This document shows, piece by piece, positions 26,221-37,120 of a stretch of 64,000 nt of DNA. The notes below the pieces were generated by a model. The model was not told where the DNA came from, did not search any database, and saw only the letters and a program-made list of their open reading frames with translations. The first letter of the stretch is position 1; each line of letters begins with the position of its first letter. Position numbers and translations under genes: made by a program. The stretch spans positions 806,001 to 870,000 of the forward strand of contig JAYWIR010000037.1 of assembly GCA_036172245.1 (NCBI GenBank). The letters run 5' to 3'. Source of the stretch: Raillietiella orientalis (taxonomy: Eukaryota).

Positions 26221-29200
26221 TTCCCCAGGAAGAGTATCACCTGTCCGCTGGCATCTCTTATGCCCTCCAGAAATATTTTGAAGGCAATCTGGAAGGCCTC
26301 CTGCCTTTCCAACTCCTCCCTCAGCTGCCACGCCACCTTTGCGCCGACGTCAGGATTCACGGGAATGAGTGACAGGCTTCAAGTTCGAAGAGCAAGCTGC
26401 CTGGAAGACCACACGGACTCCGGCAACGCATCCCCGGTGGGTTGCACCCAATTCCAGCTGTCCCGGCAAGGAATCCAGAGCTGCGGACGCTGGACCGCAG
26501 ATTCCCTGCCGTCTGCAGAAATCAGAGGGGCTGCTGTGCGCAGAGAGGAAGCCTCCAACTACAGACTGGGTTTGCCTTGCTCCCGCCCTTGGTCCCTGCC
26601 CAGATAGAAGGTGCTCATGAACCCACCTGCCACGATGAAGCGAAAATGACAAACGGGAGTTGTGGCGCTTCGACCCCTCGGCAACCACAGTCATTCACTA
26701 AGCCACCGAGCTCCGCTCCCGAAGAGGGGATGCCGACTATCCTCTCAACCATCGTTTTCCTGCAGGCATCCCGGAAGGGATCACCGGGATGGGAACGCCT
26801 GGTGGACTTTCTCTACGGACCTGGACCCGAGGCTCGCCCAGCCCCCGAGAAAAGCTCGTGGACGCGCGCGCGAGCTCCATCGTCTCTAGAAGAACCGGCG
26901 CATTGCGGGCAGAAGAAGAGAGGCGAACGACCTCTTCCTGCATCCTCCTTTTCCCTCGCCGCGCGCACTCTTCTCGCCGGAACGCGGAGAACAGAGCGAC
27001 AACAGAGCGTTGAGAATGGTTTTCAGGCGTTTCCACGAAGTCTCTTTCACACCAAGGGGCTGCTGCGCAGCCGGGGAAAGATTCCAGGGCGGGAGAAGCT
27101 GGATCAGAGGGGGAGGGGGAGGCAGCGGGAGCGGATCTCCCGTTCCGATTGCCCCCTTTTCCTCCTTTCTCCCCTCCTCCTTCTCCCATTCTCCCCCTGC
27201 AGCTCCCAGGAGCACTCCCAGCCAATTCCTCATCTTCAGCTTGCCTCCTCCAGCACGCGATTCGGACCGTCGGTTGCCATGGAGACCCGGACCGAACCTG
27301 AAGCGCATACTTTTCCGGCGGCAAGGGTTTCTTCCCCGGGCTTCCCATCCACCTTGCAAGGCGCTGCGTCGGCACTTGGCAACGGCTGCTGGAGTTTCAA
27401 GGGAATGGCGGCCTTGTTGCTTTGAAATCGCCTTCCGGAGATCACCGCGAACCAAATCCCTCGGGCGCCTCCTGGAAGGCGGTCTTTTCCTCCGCCCTTC
27501 GCTCGGGAGGGTGAATCTAATAGCAGATTGCCGGAGACGCCGGGAGGCGGGATTTCTCCCCCCTCCCCCGCCCTCACGAAGAGAAGAAGACGAGAAGGGA
27601 GGACAATATCCCTGGAAACCGCACAAAGGCGCAGGCAAGAGAACAAGAAAGCGTTCCAGAAGCTTTCGCTCACCCTCATTGCCTCTCCATGGCGACGCGG
27701 GAGGCATTCTATTCTCCCAGGAGAGTTTGACACAACAATGGGAATCCACAGAGAGAACTGCTCCAGAGAGGCTCTGGAGTGAAGGAAGCTGCGCGAGAAA
27801 CAGCAGGAAGATGACGGGATAGAGGCCGCGAGGAGGAGGAAGCGAATCTCTCCCAGCAGGAGCTCCGGGAATACTCCGCCATCCCGGAGTCCTGATGGCG
27901 ACCACTTCCGCGAGGCTGCGCATGTGTCCTGCACAAGCGCGGGGGAGCAGCCTGCAAGCAGGCGAGGAAGGCGGTCGGGTCGCTCCCTCGTAGACCATCA
28001 GCGGTTGCTCGGGCGACTTTGGTGATACAGGCGGGGGTTCCTCCCGTGACCAGCAAGGGGGTTCCCCGGACGTACTCCCAACTTGGGTCGCCACCACCAC
28101 CACTGCCCTCTTCCGGTCCTCAGAAGTCTCCCTTTGATGTACAAGGTCCATGCTCCTGTCGTCCCGATAGTGCTCGCTCCCCGGAGGCAGAACACCGTGG
28201 CCTCGAAGGGATGCGCCTCCTCCCGCCCTGGGTCAGAGATAGGAGGGGAGTGTCTTGCCCTCTTTTCATCCCCTGATTCCTCCTCCCTGAACAGCCATCG
28301 CTGACACCTCCATCTCACACGGGACTGAGGGAGTCCCCGAGCGTCTAGGACTCAGAGGAGTTGGAGAGGGTGCGCATCCATGGAGCAGAAGAGGGGTGAG
28401 GTTCCTCTGGTTGCGAGGGAGCGACTTCAAAAGCGAACGATCTATAGCAAGGAGGCATAAGGATCGCAGAGTTCTCCCCGTTTCCTGTCAGAGACAAGGA
28501 AGAGGGCTGCGGATTCACGTGGTCTGCCTCAGGACACGGGTAGAGAGAGGGAAAGAGCGGGACTCGAGCATCCTCCCCGTGTCCTGTGGCTCATGACCAG
28601 CTGATCCCGAGTGAATGGAAGGAAAGCTTCCCGCAGCTCTTGCTGAGGTAGCTGGGTGTAAAAGCTGAGGAAAAGGAAGCGGCGATGCTCCCAGAGGGCG
28701 GGCGAAAGAATGGAGGTCGAGAAAAGGGAAACAGGAACAGGTCTTTTGGGAGCACCGAGCGTTTCGGTTTAGAGGAATCGCCCCTCGTCCGCAACCCGAC
28801 CCCCCTTTGCCCCCTCCTTACCCTAATGACGAGGACAAACACTCAAGGAGGAGGAATGAAGGTTGATGTCTCCACCCCAAAATCTGTCTAGCGTTCGCTC
28901 GCGGGTCGAGAGACCCGGATTCTCAAGCCGCCGTCCCGAAAGGGGATCTGCAAGGGCCCCTTCGATCTTTTCCATCCCTTCTTTTCCGATCTCAACGTAG
29001 GGGGCCTCGTGGCTTGGTGAAAGAATGAAGCATCACAGGTTCTTGCATTCGAAGGACCACGTGCTGCGCAATCTGCCAAATGGGGTCCATCCGCCCGCGC
29101 CTTGCGCAGATTCCACCTATAGAGGTCGCCAATGGTGACTAGGAGAACCTCCGGCACTCCTCTCCTTGCTGGAAAAAGCTCCTCTTCCGGATCCCACTTG

Positions 29201-30299
29201 CCTGCGGGGACGGGATCTTTGGTGTGAGGGACTAAGACCAATCCCGAGGCTCTGAGGGCGCCTCGGCACGTTGCCCTCTGGCGAGATGTGCTGAGCATAA
29301 AGCGCACAGCAGATGTCTCTCTCCTCCGTCACGTGTTCGGCTCTGGAACGCGGGCTCGGCCTGTCAGAAGAAGGGCGTGCCGCCGCTTTCCGGAGGTGGG
29401 CTCTCCGAAGACGACCGCTCGATCCGCTGACCTTGGTTCTCCCAGACCTAAGAGAACCATAAGACCATCCATATCCCCCCCCCCCGCTATTTTCGTCCGG
29501 GAAAATACGAAAGGATCGTCCCCAAGGACGCAGAGTTCCTTGGTCGCTAGGAAACTCCGGATTGGATGCGGCTACGAGATGCCTTTTTCTTTCGTAGTCA
29601 AGCGCCCTCCACAGGCCTTCTAATGGAGCGTGCACTTTCCACTTCAGGACCGTTTTTCGAGAATAGGGGAAATAGGTAGGGCCGGCAGCTCCAGAATCCC
29701 CTCTGGCACAGTGCCTGCGGGGTTCCCATCCCAGTGACTACCGGGACGGACGCCGCTTGACTTCCGCTTAACGAAGAGACCGTGAGCACAGACGGCCGCC
29801 TCCGCGGGAGTCGGCTGTCTGTGCTTCACTCTGCTCTTCTCTCGGGAATTCTGGTCCTGACAGCGTTGCCACGGCGTTCCTCCGGTTTTGACGGGCGTTC
29901 TCTTCGCAGAGATCAATAAACAAATCATGGGACGGAGAGAGAGCGGCGTGCTCCGAAGGTCAAAGAGTAGAGGACGGGGAGAGCAGTGGTTCTCGGGAAT
30001 TTGCGACTCGCTTTGATCCATCGCGTCTCGTTGGTCCCTTGTTAGAAGAGGAAGGGAGAAGGGGTGGTTGGGCGAACTGAGGACAGTGGTCCAGGGAACG
30101 CAGATCCCCTGTTTAAGCCCAGGGACACGGACGTTTTTTTATCCTCTCTTTATTGCCCGATTCGACGTAATCCCATCCCCATGATTTATGGGGGGTTCAC
30201 ACGAACGCGAGTGCAGCCGGAAGCGATTTCCGATTCCCTCCTTTCCCTCGGCCACAGAAGAATAGCGCAAGATGACGGCGCACCGAGGTCCCTTCGACT

Positions 30300-31680
30300 G
30301 TCCGCGGAAGGGTGATGGAAGAGGTCCCCTTCCGGAGTAGGGTCCTTTCTCGGAGTGTCCCTTAGGCATTCCGAATCGGCACCCACCTCCGCGATTAATC
30401 TCTTCGCAACGAGAAAAAGGGGATGTGCCGTTCCGGAAACGTTTTCAAGGAGAAGCAGGAGATGCCGGGGACGATCTGGCAGGAGGAGCTGTCCTGGGCT
30501 AGCCCTCCAGCGGGCCAAAAAATTCGCCCTGCCCCTCGAGGAGGAATGCCGATCGCCCGTACCATCGAAACGAGGCCGAACGCTGATCGCGAGGTCGAGC
30601 ACGACCGCCGACCTGACATCGCCAAAAGTGAGGCGGGGAGGAAAGCGTGAAGGGGGATAGCCGCTGTTCCCCAAACCTCCACGCCACTTCGAAGGGGAGC
30701 TCGAGACATATAGACGGAGCTTCCGGAGGAAGATTTTCGAGACTTTTGGTCCTCTGGCCATCCGGAGGGTCAGTCAGCGAGAGCGACGCACTGCCACCCT
30801 TCCGTCTTCCGACGACCTTCTCCTCTGAACGCGGAGATGAGGGCGGTGCTTGGCGGGTCTCACTGCCAGGATTCGAATCCTCAGCATTCCGTTCGGCACG
30901 AGGGTGTTGGCCAAGCTCAGATCCAAAGGCTCGACTTGGCCTCGTGCTGGACACTCGGCCAATTAGGTGGGTTACGCATATCTTGGCCAATGGACCGACT
31001 GCACTAGAGGCTGGCAGACGCCAACTACCGGATTGGAAAATTCAAAGGTGTCGGGAGGTGTCCCCTGCAATCTTCCCGTTTCTTGTCCCCGGAGTGGATT
31101 CTCGTCCCCGTCCGCACCTGCGCTATGAAAAGGCAGGAGATCAGGACGTCTTCTGCTCCAGAGAGTGATTGTTAAAGAAAGGGGACCCAATGAGAAGATG
31201 TAGCATGTCTGGAAGCGCCACAGTCTGGTCTTTCTTTCGATGAAGGATGTTCAGGAGACCTTTCGAGCCCTGATGTTTTTCTGTCTCTCGCATTCTGGGA
31301 TCCTCGGGACGAAAAGGCGGCGAAAGAGCAGGAACCCCGCGGACGCATCTCGACAGAATGAGGCTCCTCATGGCTGCCTCTGGCTTCCAATATGGCCAAC
31401 ATCCTTTCGATGAAGAGCGGCTCAGCGTCGGCTCCCAAGAACTGATGCCGATAGAGGCGGACATGAACGGAAGTGATGTCACAACCTCATAAGGACAGAA
31501 TAAGGAGATGGACAGGACGTGAAAATGAGAATCCTGGCCTCCTTATCCTGTCTAATCCGTCCGTTTACCCGACAAACAGAGATGCTTCCCGTGAGCCCTT
31601 GGAATTTCCGGCCCTTCCAGAAAGCCGCCGTTCGTAGGATTCCAGGATCCCAAGGGACCGGCAACGACAGCGCGAGCTGA
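30300..31680 (-). mobile_element. Degenerate LINE RT/thumb fragment
   Basis: KGRKFQG (cf. GR.I.D), RCVRGVPALSPPF..EDP (cf. GVRQG.PLSP.LF), RKGGSASLSL (cf. GGLG..L), in the expected order. Confidence 0.55.
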
Positions 31681-31781
31681 CGTCCGAGTTCCTGGGAGCC
31701 AGAAGGAAGGAGACTGTGGTGCTTCCTGTATTTCTCCCCTTTTCTTCGACGCGCTTCCTTGAATGCTGCAGAAGTACTACG

Positions 31782-31823
31782 CGACGCGGGTTAAAGGTAC
31801 TAAAGTACCTTTAACCCGCGTCG
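31782..31823. repeat. Perfect 20-bp inverted repeat with 2-nt spacer
   Basis: CGACGCGGGTTAAAGGTACT-AA-AGTACCTTTAACCCGCGTCG. Confidence 0.95.
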
Positions 31824-32430
31824 GAGGGCATGTGGTTACGGTCTTTGTGTGAGGCACCTGGCGTTGCGAGTTCGAATACTCTGCAAGAATCGACGCAAAG
31901 AGTCCGTGCACATCATGGGTTTGAGTCCCACCCACGAGATAACTCTGCTCGGCCTACTTCCGGGAGCGCCTCCCAGTAGTGGTTCAAACTGTATGCCCCC
32001 GACGAGGTCCCAAACAATGGAAGTCGACCTCCGGGTTCCTTCCAAAAATCAAGTAGTGGGAGTTCCCCTCCGGTTGTGCATAGAAGCGGACCCCCTTCGA
32101 GGGGACCCTCCGTAGAGTAGGTGTGTCGCCATATCTCTAGAGTTCCAGAGAAGCGTGCCGTTTTCTTCGGGGAGAGCGCTATTCTGAATTTCGGAAGCTT
32201 CCCTTCGGGGTTCTCTTCAGAGGAGTAAACAAGAGCGGTTCCCTTGTGGGCTCCCTTCGAGAAAGAAAACATGGAGCGGACTCCTTCGGGGGTTCCTCCG
32301 GAGAGAGTAAGAAGGAGGATTCTCTTCCGGATTCCCTTCGGAGACAACCAGGGTTGGGAGGTTCCCTTCGAGATGCCTTCTCAGGAGTGAGAGGCGGTCC
32401 CCTCCCGGTATCTTGAAGAATTCACGCGTA
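31815..32430 (+). mobile_element. tRNA-headed SINE-like element with hairpin-module array (copy S2)
   Basis: B-box-like AGTTCGAATACT at 31869-31880; repeated GGA(T/C)TCCC-TTCG-GGGTTCCCTTC-type modules at ~32085-32380; ends TGAAGAATTCAC like S4. Confidence 0.65.
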
Positions 32431-32444
32431 CCCTAGGGTGGGGT

Positions 32445-33020
32445 GGGAACTGCAAAAGGTGCGGAGAAGCAGAAACACTCCCGCACCTGCTCTTGGACTG
32501 CAGTGTCCTCCAAGGACTGTGGCGAAGGCTGGCCTTAGCCTTCCTGCACCATGGGGACACCGCAAGAGACTTGATGCGCTGCTTCTTCACGGCAGGCGGG
32601 TGCTGTCATCGCAACGGTCTGTTGCACCCGCGCCATTGACAAGACCAACCGAGAGCTGGAGAAGCAGGCGATTCGTCGACAGGCCACCTGAATAGCCGAC
32701 GAGAACATGACGTCGGCTGCCGGTTGGTCTCATCTTCCAGAGGACATAAGGAACGAGATCTGCGGCATCCAACGCCGGTTTTAAAAGAAAGGAACGTCCG
32801 ACACCAAAGACCCCTGTCCCTTACCCCCCCCCCACACACACATATTTTTATTTATATTGTTTATACGTGTATTTGTGGTCCCTTTCCTCCCGTTCCGGAC
32901 TTTCGGATTTACCGACTTGCGTGTTGGGGAGCCCTCCCTTCGTTTTCCGTGTCCTTTGTCCGGGAACTCTGTTCCCGGATAGTTTAGAAATAAAAGCCTC
33001 GGCGCACCCGGGTGGGAAAC
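32445..33020 (+). mobile_element. 5'-truncated LINE 3' end (zf-RVT to terminal hairpin)
   Basis: NCKRCGEAETLPHLLLDCSVLQGLWRR...WSHLPEDIRNEICGIQRR; hairpin 32959-32979; AATAAA 32989-32994; CTCGG/CCGGG hairpin 32998-33012. Confidence 0.85.
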
Positions 33021-33720
33021 CGCATTCGTTGAAAGTCCTCTCGGTACGAAGAACCGTCGCAGCAGGTAGTGGGCAGTGTCCTCCTGGTGCAGGAGTGCTG
33101 CTGCCAACCTCTGCCACAGTTCCTGGAGGGCCCCGCAGTGTAAAAGCAGGTGTGGGATCGACTCCGCCGATCCGCACCTGGAGCAATTCGGGAATGCAAC
33201 CCCTGCGGAAACGAGGCTCGTTGCATTGGAATCCGCAGTGCAGAAAGAGCAGCGCAGCCTGTTTCCAGGAAAGCGCAAACGCAGGAAGTTTTTCGTACAT
33301 TGGGCAGGGATCACAATATTTCTCGTGGGCAACGCTCAGAAATCGACTCCACCGAAGGAGTCGAGTCGCCAGGGTACGCGGAGTGGCAGCATCCACCAAC
33401 TTCCAGCCACCAAGGAGCTTCGTTTTTCTCGCGATGGTGCAGGAAAACTCCCACCTCCCCGGTCGGCAGCGGTCGTCGCTTGCCCTGGCGGCAGACAGAG
33501 CTGCGGCAAGTGGCGTGGAGGTGGCCAGGGTCGACCACTTTTCCGTATTCTGCATCACCACTTCCGAAGGTTGTGGTAGCGAATACCTCAGGAGACAAAG
33601 ATCCTTCGGGTGTAGTCACTGGCATGCAGTCCAGGAGTCAACAGCTTCCTGCCTCCAGGCATTAAAGTTCGTTGAGCGGTAGGAGACTCACAGCTGGGTT
33701 TCCAGTTAGAAGGCGAGTTC
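33020..33720 (-). mobile_element. LINE zf-RVT fragment
   Basis: PLAAALSAARASDDRCRPGRWEF...SWKQAALLFLHCGFQCN...FPNCSRCGSAESIPHLLLHCGALQELW. Confidence 0.85.
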
Positions 33721-35012
33721 AATGGAAACGCCCTTGACGAAGTCGATGAGGGCGTCGCATCTGCTGCTGCTGTTGCTGCCGGGCTGAGCGGCTCACACAC
33801 GAGGATTTGGGATGCGCGCCATCCTTCCAGTCCATTTCGAAAACTGACGGGAATTCCTGCATTCTTTCTCACTTGTCATCTGGAGGATAGGAGGTCAAGG
33901 CGTGCGGCGGAACGCATGAATTCGTGGTGAGCAAATGGCAGTCCTCTGTGGAAGGTCGGTACAACTGAACTCAGCACACGTCCTTTCCCTGACCAGGGTA
34001 TGTATGGACTGATGAGAGTCGCTGCCATGCCTCGCTCCGTTAGACAGGGGGTCTGGAGCTGCCATCCCTAGACGATGCCTACAGTGCGATCCTACCATTG
34101 GACATTAAAAGCTGACAATCAGTCCACGCCCAGTGAGTGTCACCTCGGACGTATACCGATCCTTCGAGAGAGCTTTGCCAAAACCTAGGGATGCTTGAGA
34201 GTAGGAAGAGTTCGAAGAAGAGAGTCTCTCCTCTGTCTTCTTCCGGGATTCCAGTTTCGGTAAAAGTCTTGGGGGCTGGTTCTGTGGGATCCTGCTATGC
34301 TGAGAACGATGAGGTTTTGCATCGCAGGGCTTTCGGTGACGATGGAATGAAGAGTGCTCATACTCTTGTTCAGCATTCGGCTCACAAGGGACGAGATTCA
34401 CCACTAGGCACACAGACTCAGCTTTGCCTCTCGAGACTCTCTTCCGGAACACGCGTTTCTGGCTGTCGCCATCAGTTTCCCACTCTGCCACTCTGGGACA
34501 AAGAGATACCAATGATAAACAAGTTGGAGATGCACTACCCGGAAAAACACTCAAAAAGACGTTGAAGCGAAGAATTCACCAACACCGACGATGCAAATCC
34601 TTTTAAGTTCTTCCATTTTCTCTGCTTTCCTTCCAGTTTTTTTTTTTTTTTTTTTACTTTCAAGAAATGCTGAAGAACTTCTTAAGGGGAGCTCACTAAG
34701 CTCTTTAACAAAGCTGTACACGCCACCTGAGAGTGAGTGTTGACTCTTCAAGTTAGGGTTTAACCCCGGAGGAACCGCCTTATGAATCCGAGGAGGATCC
34801 GGAAGAAGGAGTTCGTTCCTTTTATTCTTGAGAGGGAGCCCTCCCTTGTTGTCTCCGAAGTGAATCCTTTTGCTCAGCATACGTCCTTTCCCCGACCAGG
34901 GTATGCATTAAGGTCCTTTCTGGCCTACTCTTCCTCGTTCTCTTCGGAGGGAACCGTTCCTTAGGGATCCCCAGAAGGGTGACTCCTCGTTTCTTCTCCA
35001 AAGGGAACTTCA

Positions 35013-35537
35013 GAGACCCCGAGTGCCTCTGAAGGACTTATGCGCTCCGCTTCGGGATGGCGGTCTCGGCCTCCTGACGCTGGAACGCTTGGAAATCCAG
35101 CTGCGAATGGCGCACCATGGCCATCGCAGCGAAGTTGTGGAGCACTCCTTGGTGCGTTCCGGCCCACCTCCTAGCCAGCCGTGTCTCCAGGACACAAGGA
35201 CTCGCGTCTTATCTTCTGTGCCCCGTTTGGAAGATCAGAAGATGCGACCTTCTCCTTGGACGCATGGCCACCCTGGCGAAGGGCAACGGCTGAATGATAT
35301 GCCGCCAACTCCTCCGCCTGGCTGGAGGAGACTGCTGACACGCTTGTTTGTTTTTTTTCTTTGTTTTTATTTTTCTTTTTGTTTTCTCCCCCATCCCCCT
35401 CCACTGCCGAGGAGCGTCACGCCGGGCTGCGTTCCGGCGTCCCGGCAGGTCCGGTGTAGTGTGGCCGTTAGTTGGGCCTTATACCACGTTCTTGTAGAGT
35501 TTTTAAAATAAACGCCCCGGGAGCACCCGGGTGAAAA
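35013..35537 (+). mobile_element. Internally deleted LINE fragment with complete 3'UTR
   Basis: DLCAPLRDGGLGLLTL post-thumb motif; T tract; structured UTR; AATAAA 35507-35512; CCCGGG-AGCA-CCCGGG 35516-35531. Confidence 0.8.
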
Positions 35538-35539
35538 CC

Positions 35540-36325
35540 CCGAGCGTCCTACCTTGAGGACTTTTGAAATGGGGCGAGCTGCTCGGCATCCAGACGGATG
35601 ACCTGAAGTGGCCCCCAGTGCTGGATGGATTCAGGATTCTTCTCCTGAAGTGGCAAGAGTCGGCGCTTCTGTTGTTGCATTGGGGTCTACCCTGCAACGC
35701 GTGCCGCTTCCACTGGACGCGGGGAAGAGTAAATCCTGAGTGTTCCAGGTGTGGGGAGCGGGAGTCCCTCCCCCACCTCCTAGTTGACTGCCCTGCCCTT
35801 CGGATTCTTTAGGATCGTCTTGGAACGGCCCTCGGGATACCGGTTGGCGGCAACCCCAGAGGCGTTTACAGACTTCTCTTCGTGCGGGACGCCCTGCAGC
35901 CAGCTGCAGCCCTGGCAGCACTTTGCTGCATCCGTGGGATTGTGGCGGCCTGGAGTGAAGCCGAAGATGAAGATGCCAACGAGAGGGACGTCATTCCGTA
36001 TGCTGCTCGCTTCCTGCAGAGAGCTACCGGATGGCTCCAGCTGGGTGGAATGAAGGACCACGAGGGCATTCCGCAAAGGATTGACCCTTCTCCCAGTGGC
36101 CAGTGATCCTTCCCGGCCCACCAAAGTCTTTTTTTTTGTCTTATTGTTTTATTTTTCTTTTTGTTTTTTCCTCATCCCCTTCCACTGCCGAGGAGAGTTA
36201 CGCTGGTCCGCGTCCCGGCGTCCCGGCAGGTCCGACGAAATGTTGGCCGTTATTGGGGCCTTGTACCACGTTTTGTAATGACCTTAAGTTGAGTTTGAAA
36301 TAAACGTCCCGGTGTATCCGGGTGG
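35540..36325 (+). mobile_element. 5'-truncated LINE 3' end (zf-RVT to terminal hairpin)
   Basis: KWQESALLLLHWGLPCNACRFHWTRGRVNPECSRCGERESLPHLLVDCPAL...AALCCIRG; AATAAA 36299-36304; CCCGG/CCGGG 36308-36322. Confidence 0.9.
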
Positions 36326-36622
36326 CATCTCCGAAGGGAACCTGCAAGGGAAGCATTCCTCTGAAGAGTACCCCGTAATGACACTTCCAAATTTTCTCTG
36401 AAAGGCCGCTCCTGAAGAAAGCAGCACACTTCTTCACACTCCGGAGAGGTGTCACCCCATTAGCTCCCTGTTACGAGATGGAGGGTTCTCCTCCGAGAAG
36501 TGAGAAGGACGGCTCCATCTTCATAACCGGAGAAGCACGGCTCGTTGATTCCTGGAAGCACTCCGGAGGATCAACTTCCAATCTCGGCCAGTGAGTGGGG
36601 AAATCCGGCTTCCATCAATGCC

Positions 36623-37120
36623 TGAGAACGCTTTGCTGTGACCCTCGGAACCCGCGGCGGCAACGCCAAAGAGGTTCTGAAGCGCCTCTTCCTGCCCGAC
36701 GCCTTCATGCCGGCCGCATCCCTGGCAGAACTGTGCTGCCTACGTGGGATGGTGGCCACATAGAGCCACTCTAGAAGAGGCCAGAACGATAGGGACACCT
36801 TCTATTTTGCTGTGCTCTTCATGAGAACAGCGTCAAGATGGCCCATCGGGAAACCATAAAACAGGAACTTGCCGGCATCCATACAAGGATGCAGAGGACG
36901 CCCTCCACCAAACAGTAATCCCTTCCCGAATGCTCCCTCCCCCATTTTTAGACCGAATTTTTTTTTTTTTGTTTGTATTTCCTTCCCCTTTGCTGCCGAA
37001 GCGAACTCTGCTGGCCTGCGTGACAAATCCCGGCAGGTTTCTTTTCGTATCGATAAGTAACGTGGCAGGATCAAACGTCCTGCCACAGACATGTAGGTTA
37101 GAAATAAACGCCCCGGCGTG
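36623..37120 (+). mobile_element. 5'-truncated LINE insertion with candidate 12-bp target-site duplication
   Basis: LKRLFLPDAFMPAASLAELCCLRG...ELAGIHTRMQRTP; flanked by TCCATCAATGCC (36611-36622) and TCAATCAGTGCC (37121-37132). Confidence 0.8.

Noticed and set aside
26442..28151. Overlapping 327, 421 and 270 aa ORFs
   Set aside because: Low-complexity R/P/S-rich translations in several frames with no recognisable domain; probably TE ORF1 or UTR debris
35400..35500. Known ribozyme (hammerhead or HDV) in the 3'UTR
   Set aside because: No CUGANGA/GAAA core and no convincing HDV double pseudoknot by eye
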